Positions 26,400-38,549 of a stretch of 46,056 nucleotides of DNA are shown here, piece by piece. Numbering within the stretch: position 1 is the stretch's first letter; the number at the start of each line of letters is the position of its first letter. A program made the position numbers and the translations under genes. The stretch comes from Welwitschia mirabilis (taxonomy: Eukaryota), in the NCBI GenBank assembly GCA_051453625.1, contig JBOZIK010000001.1, forward strand, positions 32,177,742-32,223,797, read 5' to 3'. Below the pieces are notes generated by a model, which saw only the letters and a list, made by a program, of their open reading frames with translations, had not been told where the DNA came from and did no database searches.

Positions 26400-27816
26400 A
26401 AGTGTCCTAAATTCAAAAACCCTAGGTTAGCAATAGTGAGTGACATATTAGAAGGAAACAAAAGAATTTAAAAAGATTTAATTGACATAGAATCCAGTGT
26501 AAACATTGTTCCTATTCACATATGTAAAAGACATGGGTTGGAAAATAGAGTGGAATCTACATGAATCATCTTGAAATTGGCCTATGCTTCAATTAAGAAA
26601 TATTTAGGAATTATTAAGGACTTAGTTATCCAAATATAAGAATCTTTCTACCCCATAGATTTGGTTATCAATGATGTAGAACATGATGGAGGTTATCCAC
26701 TATTCTTAGGAAGAGCCTCTTATGCAACTGTCCACTGTATCATTAACACATGAATCAAAATAATGGAATGTTATATAGGCAATAAGACATTCACCATTAG
26801 AGTTTTTAATGGTGCTAAAAAATAAATAGAAGATGAGTATAAATTAGAAAAATAAATTAAACCAACCTTATTTTTATATCATCATCCAATCAAGGAGAGA
26901 TTGATAATTCTACACAAACTAACTTTATATGATAATCCAACTGAAATACACTATCTTAAGCATGAGGATTAGGAACTTTTTAACTAGGAGAAAATCCAAC
27001 ATGTTTGCACAATGAAAAACCTTTTTTTAAGGGTGTCATCCCCTAATGTCATCCTCAGACATTCTGAGACAATAGTCATTGTTGAAAATTCAGTATTCAA
27101 ACTCAAAAATTCCAACTTAGAACTAAAAGAGTTGCCCAAAGATCTAATATACATTTTTCTATCCAATAATCTAAAGAAACCTTTAATAATAAGTGATCTT
27201 ATACTCCTTAGTAGGAATCTAACCTGATCTCACTTTTTACTTCTAAGGAGAATGTTTTTTCTTGGACCCATAAAGACTTAGCTGCACTCCTCTTTTCATA
27301 ATCCAACATAAAATATACCTTGAGAATAACACTAAACCAGGTAGGCAGCAACAACAAAGGCTCAATCCCACCCCTAAGAAAGTAGTTAAAGATGAAATTA
27401 TTAAACTTATAAATGTTGAGATCATCTATGCTATATCCAATATCGAATGACTTAGCCCTTTAACGGTAGTTCTAAAAAAGGGTCGAAAATGGAGAATGTG
27501 CATTGATTTTAGAAAATTTAATGAGGTCATTAAGAATTATCAATGTTCTTTATCCTTTCTTAATCGGGTACTTGATAGAATCGAAGGATATGCCTACTAT
27601 TATTTTCTTGATGAATATAGTGACTACAATCAAGTTTAAGTAAAGTCTAAGTAAAAACAAATTTTACCTATCCCTTTGGAACTTCTGCCTTTATAAGAAT
27701 GTCTTTTAGACTTTGCAACATCCCTGGGACATTTTAACGAGTAATGATGAGGATTTTTTTTTGACATGATAGAGGATTATATTAAAATATTTATGGATAA
27801 CTTATTTGTCTTTGGT
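26400..27816 (+). pseudogene. pol: Protease and N-terminal RT of element C
   Basis: LIDIESSVNIVP (~26478); FYPIDLVI; YPLFLGRA; LELKELPKDL; IQHKIYLE; RLNP; KKGRKWRMCIDFRKFN (~27475-27522); FLDEYSDYNQV; IFMDNLFVFG. Confidence 0.93.
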
Positions 27817-29099
27817 CTCCTGAAATGATAAAACTAAAAAAAGAATAAAAGATATGGAAATGAAAGAAAGATGAAGGAGAAAGTTAAACAAGTGAAAAAA
27901 TGAATTAAAAGAAAGAAAAAGGATTTTGGATTTAGTAACAGGCTCACTAATGCACTGAGAAACTAGAGGATTCTAAAACAAAGACACAAGAAAATTTAAA
28001 CATACATAGAAAAAGATAGAAAAAAACATCAGTGAGGGAAAGTGGTAGTGCCAGTAGGGTGAAGATATATGGGTCAAGTAAACATAAGGTAGATTATAAT
28101 AGCATGAGGATCATAGAAAATGTAAGTGCTTAATGTTAATAGCTCAAAAATCATAAATTTTATAGAACGTATGTGAAATTTTGACCATTAGACAACTAAG
28201 ATTTATTAATGATTTAGATCAAATTTTACCTTGTACTTAAACATGGAAACATGAGTCATATTACAAAAAATACAAGTGTGTTTCTTAGTGGACTTTTTCA
28301 TAGAAGGAAAAATAAATGAATATGGCTTGATATGGATGATAAAAGTAAATGTTATGGTAGTGAAGTAAAATGGATGAATGAAATGATAAAAGATGAAAAT
28401 CCACCTTTTCCTTTAAACGAAATTAAAGATCTCTAATGCATATAATTCTTATTAAAGAACTCAAAAAATCAAATAATTAGCTAATAAAAATTAGAAACCT
28501 ATAAAATATTAATTAAAATTTGAAAATCTAAATAATCTATTTATTCATAGATTAAAAGAAGAACCATTAACCACGATCATTGAGTCTCATCAACTCATAT
28601 AATGATGGAAGGAGTAGATAAAATGTAGGCAATAAAGGGTTATGTGAAGGTGATTTGCATAAGTGAAAATGGCTAGTTTAATCTAAACATCCAAAGGCTA
28701 TAACAGATAACTCCAATTTAAGCTTATAAAATCAAGTTAGATTTATAAGAAGGATGTTCAATCATGGATGAAGAGGAAAAATCTAAAGGATTAGGGCTTT
28801 TACATTTAAAATAATAAGATGGATGATTAAGTAGCAAATTAGGCATAGAAAGTTTTCCATGAGAAGACTCCACACATGAGTTGAAAACCTTAAGAAAGGT
28901 TTGGGAAGAATACTTATTAAGATTTAAACATTTTAAATCATAAGAGGATCAATATATTCTTTTCTCTTACTTAATCAACAATTCTTGTAGAACATTTTTC
29001 CTAGATGAAGACATGGATGAATAAGAAATAAAAAAAAAGTAGAGTAATTATCAAAGATATATTTTAAATATTCAAGAAATAAGTCCATATCAAAAGAGA

Positions 29100-31300
29100 G
29101 ATCATTTTCAATGTTGACATGTAAATCATAATTGAAAAAGGATAGAGAAAGAGAGAAAATGTTTTTCTCATAGGAAAGAGAATTAAGATTAGCATTAAAA
29201 CTTTAATAAAATCTACTCCTTTTAAATCATTAGTTTGTTTCACGGTATTAAATATATTCAACTCAATATTTATATTACTAAATGAAATGTTCATAAGACC
29301 ATTTTACAATTAATGAGATCATTAGAAGTAGTAAGAAAAGGTCTTTTCAAGATGATTAACCTAGTATGACTTCTATTTTTTTTTTCATATACAAAACTAA
29401 AAAACCCATAGGAAAGTAGAAAATTTTCACTTGAATAATCACATCCTTTACTATGCTAAAAATTTATTTTAAAATGTTATCGACCAATTGTAATTTGAGT
29501 TTAGAAATTTTAAGATCATTTAAACCAAGTTACTTGTAAACACTATAAAGTAAAATATTATTACTATCTCTAAGATTTAATAAGGCTTATTGAAAATTAG
29601 TGTTTCTAATTGTAATGTCTATTGTATGGAAACCTAGATATTTGTGTTTTAGTGGGATTTAGTTTTGAATGATAGAACTAATTTGTTAAGTAAGAAAGAG
29701 TTTACGTTTTATGTACATCCTTCTTTTAGTAGTGTACAAATCTTTAAAGAATTTAGCATAAGAAGGTACTTATGTGATGGCTTCTAAAAGAGAGATATTA
29801 ATCTTTACTTCCTTGAAAATTTATGGCAATTCTTGTTTCTGCTTAGTTAACTAATGTTTTCTAAGTTGCAAAGAAAATGTAGGGGTTATATGCAATTTGG
29901 AACAACATATTTTACCTTATGTTTCTTTCCTACTTCTTTGTCATTTCTTGAGCAATTTGGTTGTACTTATTCTTCTTATGATTGTTTCTCTTCTAGATTT
30001 TTGTTGATTTTTTTCCTACTTCTTAAATGGATAACCTTGAATTTGTTAATTTCTAAGTCCTCCATCAACTACTAGGATTAGGCTCTTGTATAGCATAAAG
30101 CCTATACTTTTTACATTAATTAAGTAACATAAAGATATGTGTAGTAATTTGACTTAGTTATTGCTTTTCTTACTCTACCTTTTATAATGTGGAATATTTT
30201 TATTAATTGAACTATTATTGTCAAGTATTAATGTTATGTTAAACCTCCATATACTTATGAATTATATCCTCTAAATATTTATAAGTTCAAAGAGGATTTA
30301 AAGTCTTAGGTTGACTCCTTAAGGCTTAGCTAAGATTATCTTATTTCCATGATAAGTCTAGGTAATTGATCTATCCAAGGTTATAAGTATTAAAGTAAGG
30401 ATTTTTTGCTTTTTGATTTTGCATTATTGTCTTATGGCCTTAACTTGTTCTTTCACTACACCTTAAAGCATGGCAATGAATGAAAAATCATAAGTTTCAT
30501 AAGTCTTTACAAGACAAATGTTGCAATTAATAGGTAGAGTAATGAGTTTAGGTTTGGTCCATATCCATTCTTAGAATTTTTAGATATAGTTTTAAGAAAA
30601 TATTATGTTTCATCAATTTCTAAATCTAGAAGTCATTTTCTACATGTCATCCCCATAAGTGGCTTATGATTAGATGAAAATCCTTTATAAAAGAAACTTA
30701 TGATTCTTTCTTACTTAAAACTATATTATGGGCATTTAAGAAGTAGATCTTTAAATCTTTCTAGAGTGTAATATCCATTTTTTGGAAGTTTTTCATGATT
30801 TCTTATCTAATGGCATTGATCTGGTAACTAGGAAAAGATTTTCTAATGAAAGCTTAATTAAGTTTAGTTCAATTAGTGATAGAAAAAGGTTTTAAGGTAT
30901 AAATCCAAGATTTTCCCTTCTCTTTATAAAAGAAAGGGAACAAAGTCAATCTAAGTGAATGAGATGTATCAAATCTTTAAGGGATTATAGAGAAGACACA
31001 CTTAAAGTCCTTAAGTAAGGATCCTTAGACTTTAAACCATGAAATATAAGAAAAGTTAAATGATTGCTAATTTAAAGTTAATTTTCTTAACATTAGGAAG
31101 TTAAACAATACAAGAGGATGTACCTACATATTTTAGTTCTTTTAAAGTTCATCTAGATTGGTTGAAGTTAAAGCTACTTTTAGAGTTATGAGATTGAGAA
31201 TCTAATGGATTATTTTGGTTTTTTAAGGTTTTTCTTTTTCAAAATTAATATGGACTTAATGCAATCCACTATCAAGTGTTCATTGCCATTTCATAAAACA
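29100..31300 (-). pseudogene. gag: Athila-type gag-protease pseudogene (probably belongs to element A)
   Basis: Minus-strand motifs: SSCIV, FHGLKSKDPY, RLTLFPF..KEKGKSWIYTL (~30895-31110); FKEVKINISLLEAIT*VPSYAKFFKDLYTTKR (~29720-29817); ALLNLRDSNNIL; VKDVIIQVKIFYFP; ILKRPFLTTSNDLINC..MNISFSNINIELNIFN. These match canonical Athila motifs (VPSYAKFLKDLCT; ILGRPFLATSNALINC). Confidence 0.92.
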
Positions 31301-31437
31301 TAAGAAACAATTATAAAATGTTAGTTTTTTGGATAGACATGATATGTGAAAATATTCAAAATGATTTAAAGGTAATATTCATCATAGATGAAGATATGTT
31401 GATGCAAGAAGCTAATGACATTAGTAAGAAAAGATAT

Positions 31438-31443
<6 letters not shown>

Positions 31444-31513
<70 letters not shown>
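31444..31513. repeat. (GT)n microsatellite, about 35 units, running into an N gap
   Basis: Seen directly. Confidence 0.99.
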
Positions 31514-32488
31514 NNNNNNNNNNNNNNNNNNNNNNNNNNNNNNNNNNNNNNNNNNNNNNNNNNNNNNNNNNNNNNNNNNNNNNNNNNNNNNNNNNNNNNN
31601 NNNNNNNNNNNNNNNNNNNNNNNNNNNNNNNNNNNNNNNNNNNNNNNNNNNNNNNNNNNNNNNNNNNNNNNNNNNNNNNNNNNNNNNNNNNNNNNNNNNN
31701 NNNNNNNNNNNNNNNNNNNNNNNNNNNNNNNNNNNNNNNNNNNNNNNNNNNNNNNNNNNNNNNNNNNNNNNNNNNNNNNNNNNNNNNNNNNNNNNNNNNN
31801 NNNNNNNNNNNNNNNNNNNNNNNNNNNNNNNNNNNNNNNNNNNNNNNNNNNNNNNNNNNNNNNNNNNNNNNNNNNNNNNNNNNNNNNNNNNNNNNNNNNN
31901 NNNNNNNNNNNNNNNNNNNNNNNNNNNNNNNNNNNNNNNNNNNNNNNNNNNNNNNNNNNNNNNNNNNNNNNNNNNNNNNNNNNNNNNNNNNNNNNNNNNN
32001 NNNNNNNNNNNNNNNNNNNNNNNNNNNNNNNNNNNNNNNNNNNNNNNNNNNNNNNNNNNNNNNNNNNNNNNNNNNNNNNNNNNNNNNNNNNNNNNNNNNN
32101 NNNNNNNNNNNNNNNNNNNNNNNNNNNNNNNNNNNNNNNNNNNNNNNNNNNNNNNNNNNNNNNNNNNNNNNNNNNNNNNNNNNNNNNNNNNNNNNNNNNN
32201 NNNNNNNNNNNNNNNNNNNNNNNNNNNNNNNNNNNNNNNNNNNNNNNNNNNNNNNNNNNNNNNNNNNNNNNNNNNNNNNNNNNNNNNNNNNNNNNNNNNN
32301 NNNNNNNNNNNNNNNNNNNNNNNNNNNNNNNNNNNNNNNNNNNNNNNNNNNNNNNNNNNNNNNNNNNNNNNNNNNNNNNNNNNNNNNNNNNNNNNNNNNN
32401 NNNNNNNNNNNNNNNNNNNNNNNNNNNNNNNNNNNNNNNNNNNNNNNNNNNNNNNNNNNNNNNNNNNNNNNNNNNNNNNNNNNNNNNT

Positions 32489-33231
32489 CTTAAAGTAAAA
32501 TCATGTCTCAATCAACCCTAAGCATAACAAGTATGAAACAATCACAAATTAATATCAAAGTAATGCACCAAGAACATGTAACACTTTATTATCAAATAAG
32601 TAAAAGTATATAATCCATAAAAGCACTCATACTAAACCAAGAAGCATCATGCTAGCTTGATAGCTACCCCATTTCTATGGGAGGCTTAGAAAGAATACAT
32701 GATTAAATCTTTAATATCTCTTGTACAATAGTTGATGTTATCATCAAGTGAAGTAAAGTAGGATATTTAAAGGCCTAAATTATGGTTTCTAATTAGGGTT
32801 TCTGAGGTAGCTTATTCTTTAGATTTGTAAAGTATATGAGGTCATGCTTCAGTCACAGGATCAACTTAAGGGGTTCTTATTAAAAAATATTCTTCATTCA
32901 TGTTATATCTTTGGAAATAACCAGAATGAATTAATTTCATTGAAACATCTCAAAAACATATGTATAAACCCATTTTGCTTATAGTAACCGGCTTTGCTAC
33001 TCCTAGAATTAACATTACTGACAATAATACTTGGCGCTCACCCAAATTTTGCCTTAATGCTCCAGATGATATAGATATCCTGCAAAATAACAATGTTAAG
33101 GCAAATTATTAATGAAAATAGATTTCCATATCCTTATGCATAATAAATACATCAAATGGTTTAGAGGTCAATTAAGCATGCTAACAAGGCATAAATTTCT
33201 TAATGTAAATGTTAAATTTTACATGTTACTA
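32489..33231 (-). repeat. Outer part of the probable 5' LTR of element A (remainder and PBS expected in gap 31514-32488)
   Basis: Collinear with 5507-6117 (e.g. aagaagcatcatgctagcttg; ggaggcttagaaagaatacatg). Similarity ends at the same LTR boundary (gctatta| vs gttacta|). Confidence 0.8.
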
Positions 33232-33420
33232 ATGATATTTATTTAGAGACAAATAGATGAAGTCCTTTTTTTATGAAACTAATTAAAAAATAAGAAAAAA
33301 ATTAAACAAAACTTGTCTTTAATAGAACCTAGTTGGATCTATGCTTTGCAAAACTACTAATGAAAATAAACAAACATGGAATAATTTAAAAACATAAACC
33401 TTAATATTTTAATTTATACA

Positions 33421-33423
<3 letters not shown>

Positions 33424-33458
<35 letters not shown>
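33424..33458. repeat. (AT)n microsatellite, about 17 units
   Basis: Seen directly. Confidence 0.99.
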
Positions 33459-33460
<2 letters not shown>

Positions 33461-34754
33461 ATTCAAGAAGAGGGACTATATGTATTTACAACATGTATAT
33501 TAATTCTACTTACTTTTTAATTATGAATTTACATTTATAAAAATTTATTAAAATTATTCTAATAATCTTCCACCTTAAGGAAGTTTTAACTACAATTCAA
33601 ACCATTCTTCATATAGTTTTTAACTCTTTTATGTATAAGAACTTTATCTTTGATTTATAAACTTTTAACAAGTTCTAATTTAATTTTATTTATAAAAACT
33701 TTTATTCCAAATCTATTTTAAACAACTTAAATGCCATTTACATTGCAATATAAATGATAGCCTAATACATATCCAGATGTGTTGCGGTTGAAAACATCCT
33801 AGTTATGTTGATATAATATACTTAAAAATATCATTTTTCTATACCATTTTATTTATGTTTTAGTTACATTTGATTATCTTACTTCATAACTAAATGTTAT
33901 TTAAATCCTAAGATATTAATTCCCATATATTTCTCTTCATCATTACTTCATATCCTTTGTTGATCACAACTTTGAATGATGAGTTAATATTTCCTATTTA
34001 ATGTTAATTATCATCATAAAACAAATCTTGTTAACATTAAAAAAAAAGTATGTACTATCTTTGGATCATATGTTTCTCATTATTTTATTATTTCTATACG
34101 TTAATACATTATGTTTTTCTATATATTTATTAGCATTAACTTGGACTTATTAAATAAGTATTTATGTAGCTATATATTTATTTTTGTCAAGTCCTAAATT
34201 TCTATCTAAACATTTGTGATGACATATAATATGTTTAGTTTTGTAATATTCTTAAGGTAAAATATTTTAATATTAATTAAAACATATTATTTACTCATTA
34301 TAGTTTACCTTTTTCATGGAATTATCTAAGTTTTTCATAGGTATTAGATCCTTAAATCTACTCTTGTTACACCTTTTATCTTTATTTAAAAAAACCTTCT
34401 TTAATTAATATTATATTTATCATATAGTTTAGTAAATTTAGTGCATCCTACAACGATACATTTTTTGACTTTAACATTTCATTTATTTAATATCTATTTA
34501 TGAAAGTGGATCATACAACTAAATAGTACTAAGTGTGGAAGTTGTTGTCTTTCTATTACTTTATCATAAAAATGAAATCTTCCAGACATCCATATGTGTT
34601 GTAAATAAAAGAAAAGTATTTATTTTCTTTTAATCCATGATTTTTTATTTTATAATTTTATTTTAACATGGTACACAAGAAATGAAGATGTCATTCCTTT
34701 GTTCATAGAATTTTCTAGAAATTTCATAACATGTATTGTTATTCATTACTAAAG

Positions 34755-35790
34755 TTCTTAGATTTAGATAAATCCTATAAGGTTGCATATCCTTTCTAAG
34801 AAATCATGATTAAGTATAACATGTTAAAGGTTGTTTTTTAAAATATTTTTAGATTATGCATCTATGTAATTAACTCTTAATATATTATCTCCTTTATTTG
34901 GAAATGAAAATTACTTTCATCTTAATATGATAATGCTCTATCATTTAAGTACTTCAACTCACTATTTAAATAACCTATGTAATAGATATTATCCTCTTTG
35001 ATAGTATTTACTTTCTTCTCTATTGTTATCATCATGACATTAAACAATTTTCATTGTAATGTGCTNNNNNNNNNNNNNNNNNNNNNNNNNNNNNNNNNNN
35101 NNNNNNNNNNNNNNNNNNNNNNNNNNNNNNNNNNNNNNNNNNNNNNNNNNNNNNNNNNNNNNNNNTCTTCCCTAGTCACCAGTCACTGCAGATAATGATA
35201 GAAATTAAGTGAGCATGCCTTGAAAGAAGTTTCCTTACAGATCATTTACAAGCCTATAAACATGTGAAGTAATGCAATTGGATCATAGTCAACAAAAAAA
35301 AGAGGCTATCTCCTAGTTCTTTTGATAATTAGCCTAACTTCATCTGTCCTCCTCCAAGTTCATCTTGTTTGTTTTGTTTTTGCCTAGGACTTGCTTTTTT
35401 ACTCTATGTTTTGTAGATTGTAGTATTGAAACTTCTATTTCTACATAGTAATGAAAAGCTTAATTTTCATTTAAAAAAATTCTTAGATTTAGAAAAATCA
35501 TATAAGGTTGCATATCCTCTCTCAGAACTCGTGATTAAGTCTAACATGTTAAAGGTCTTTTTTCAAAATATTTTTGGATTATGCATCTATGTAACCAAAT
35601 CTTAATATATTATCTCCTTTATTTGGAAATGAAAGTTACTTTCCTCTTAATATAATAATTCTCTATCATTTAAGTACTTCAATTCACTATTAAAATAACC
35701 TATGAAATAGGTATTATCTTCTTTGATGGTATTTATTTTGTTCTCTATTGCTATCATCATGACATCAAACAATTTTCATTCTAATGTGCT
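34755..35790. repeat. ~310-bp diverged direct duplication (34755-35065 and 35480-35790) straddling a 100-N gap
   Basis: Both copies begin ttcttagatttaga.aaatc.tataaggttgcatatcct and run to aacaattttcatt.taatgtgct, with scattered substitutions. Confidence 0.92.
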
Positions 35791-36634
35791 TAAGAATAAT
35801 AGATTCTACTTCAGCCTAAGATTATATAGAACATTTCTTTATGTAATATAGATAATTCACCTAAGGATAATCCAAAAGTTCTCTAATATCCATAGCTAAT
35901 CATGAATTCTTATTTTAAATTATAATTATGCTATAGTGCCTTTCATTTAACTTATACAAGATATTCCATATAAAACTCATATGTTGAATTGTTTTCATAT
36001 TCATTATCTAATAGGCTACTGTAGTATCGTGACTAAATTTAAATAATTAAGTGTATATATTATTAATATGATATTAGAATAAATAAAATATTTAGTTTAT
36101 TTTAACTCATTTCCTTTCATAAAGGTAATCAAAGATGTGATTGATTTTTATCATTAAAAGAATAACATTAAATATTAGTTCTTTAACCTAATGTATCTAA
36201 CCTCTCTTTTGAATTTTTTTTATTTTTGATTTACACTGTAAGATATAAAATCCTTTATATAATATATCTTGTAATTATTAATCTTTTTCCTCTATTTTGA
36301 AAATCATTTTCTTGGTTTTACTTCCTTTAATTACCTCCTTTATCCTAATTAGGATTATTGTGTTTATTATCATAATTTTTTTAACTTTACTTTTTATAAT
36401 TTTTATTAATATTTCATCTCTTTTAAAAACATATAACATAATACTTGATTAACATATATCTACTATGGTTTGTATGCATACTGTGGTCATTTACTTAGGG
36501 ATACATGAATACTCTAGAAAAAATCTACTAATGTGCTTACTTTATAAGAAAGCTCTTCAATGTAATAAGGAAAGGAGAAGAAATAAAATTTTAGTTTGGG
36601 AAATCTTGTTTTTACTCTTTTCTTTTCCATAAAA

Positions 36635-36646
36635 TGGTATCAGGGC
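36635..36646 (+). promoter_or_regulatory. PBS-like site for initiator tRNA-Met, marking a further LTR-element fragment
   Basis: tggtatcagggc is 1 mismatch from TGGTATCAGAGC. It is followed by a UTR-like tract with repeated tagggtttt/cttagatctagg. No coding domains were recognised. Confidence 0.55.
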
Positions 36647-37338
36647 ATCCAAGCTAGGGCTCTTGAGGCTCTTGGAGTTTCTTTATCATTGTTGAGCTTC
36701 TTTAACTTCTTGTGTCCTCAATTTTTCTTGTTCATGAGCTTGGAGAGGCTCCTAGTCTAAATATACTTGAGCTTTTTGGAAACTTCTTAAGCAAATGTGC
36801 TTGTTGTTACCCCTTGCATACCTTTGCATGCTTGTTTTTTCTTAGGGTTTTTCTTAGATCTAGGGTTTTACTTAGATCTAGGATCTTATCTTAGATATAC
36901 ATTTTTCTTATGGATTTTTGGAGGGTTCTTCTATGTTTTCTTTAAGTTTCTTACTTATAAGTTTGGTTGTAATTTATTTGCATGTAATGTACTTACATTT
37001 CATTTACAAGTTTTATAATATGCTTGAGTATTATAACACATGCGCCATTGTCTCATAGTATGCTTGATTATTATAGAAAATATTTTACACACATTTTTTT
37101 TTTATTTTCTACTTATGCTTCTGCAAAAGTAGTGACAATATAAAATCCTAGTGCTTAATATCCCTATTACTCAAAATGTGGAAAGTGGAGAAGTTTTTAA
37201 GCCTACTTTACTTAATATATTTTACATTGCCAATATCTCTTCTTAGTGAATTTTAGTTGATAGGTTCACCTATGCTTGATTGAAAATGCAATGGTGGTAA
37301 ATTGATCTACTACGAATGATGACACATGCTTTATTTGT

Positions 37339-38299
37339 TGATAAGTCTTTAATTTAATTAGAAATTCTATAAGATAGCTAAATAATTTCAACAAAATACT
37401 TAAGAAAAATAAAGTTATATTATAAAAGTACTAGAAAGAAACTAAAAACTATATCATCATACATAGACTTTAATCATTACTTTTTTTATGGATTTTAATT
37501 TTTCATATTTTTTTACTTAAATGAATACTTCATTTATTGAATCAAAATACATTATTTTTTAAGAATGATTATTCCTAACAAAATGGTGTTCTAATGGTTA
37601 CTCTACTATGAATAATATTTATAAGAAGTGGGGAATAAAAATAAATAAGACAAATAAAACATAGCTAGATGATGTGTATCACTTATTTCTAACTAATATA
37701 CTCTCTCAATATTAACTCTAGCTAAGATTAATACTAAGGGCAAGAAAATAATAGTAGATAACTTTTTCAAATTACCTACACAATAATACAAGATTCATTT
37801 GAGAATACAAAATTGTATAACTATCTAGAAAATACAACAGTAAGTAATTTCCTATGTTTTCATAATAAGTATAGTTACAATTCTTTCACCATAATCTTTT
37901 TTGCCTTAAATACACTTTCTAACTATTCTCTAAATTTTCCAAAAAGGATCCTTGTGTCTCCTCCACATTATATATTTATAGGTATATCATAAGTAATTTT
38001 TTATTGTTTTATTTTTGTGTCACCTATCCCCATTTTTCTAATGATTTTCTCACATTAATGGGAGTTTATTTCTTTTATACCATATGTCTAATTATTACAA
38101 CCATTCCCTTTTTTGTAACAAGGCTTCCACTATTCTTGTATTAGAATAATTGGCCTACAAAACCAAGTTAGCTATGTGCAACACTAATATATTATAGTAA
38201 TGTTATGTAATTCATCATAGCATATTACTAAACAACTATCATTTCATTCATTTTAGTAAGAAAAGAAAGTAAAAATATACATAGACTTCTAATTTATTA
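37339..38299 (-). mobile_element. 3' LTR of a second minus-strand Athila-type element (D)
   Basis: On the minus strand it starts TAATAAAT (decayed TGATAAGT) after the PPT and ends ACTTATCA at 37339. A minus-strand cctataaatata box lies at ~37971-37982. Confidence 0.72.
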
Positions 38300-38332
38300 G
38301 TTCCCCCATACTCAAACATTTGTTAGTCCTCT
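38300..38332 (-). promoter_or_regulatory. Athila-type PPT region of element D
   Basis: The minus strand reads agaggactaacaaatgtttgagtatgggggaac, matching the GAGGAC.AGCAA....TAAGT.TGGGGG pattern. Confidence 0.78.
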
Positions 38333-38549
38333 AATAATTTACATTATTTCTTTTGTTATTTCATTTTCTGTTTTACTATTTCTAATTCCTCCTCAACCTG
38401 TGACTTTTTCATTTCTTTTAGCTATTTCATTGCTTTGATTTATTCTTTAAAAAGGATTGGATCCTCTAAATTTATATTTTATTATTTAGATGGAGCTATC
38501 TTGAATGTTTTTCTTTTATATTTTTTTGCTTCTTAACAATTAAAACGTT

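Larger units (their letters stand above)
22821..27820 (+). mobile_element. 3'-truncated relative of element B (element C): 5' LTR, PBS, gag, PR, first half of RT
   Basis: Collinear with B from the LTR to the RT active site. Similarity stops abruptly after IFMDNLFVFG at ~27816. Confidence 0.92.

Noticed and set aside
30646-30680. gtcatccccat resembling the B/C cassette
   Set aside because: It is a single hexamer without the correctly spaced partners and lies in gag of a different family; probably chance.
33780-36100. Possible extremely decayed minus-strand gag/protease (RFKDL, LINIK-like words) ending in gcaaca at ~33780
   Set aside because: The motifs are too short and degenerate in very AT-rich DNA to support a call without a profile search.
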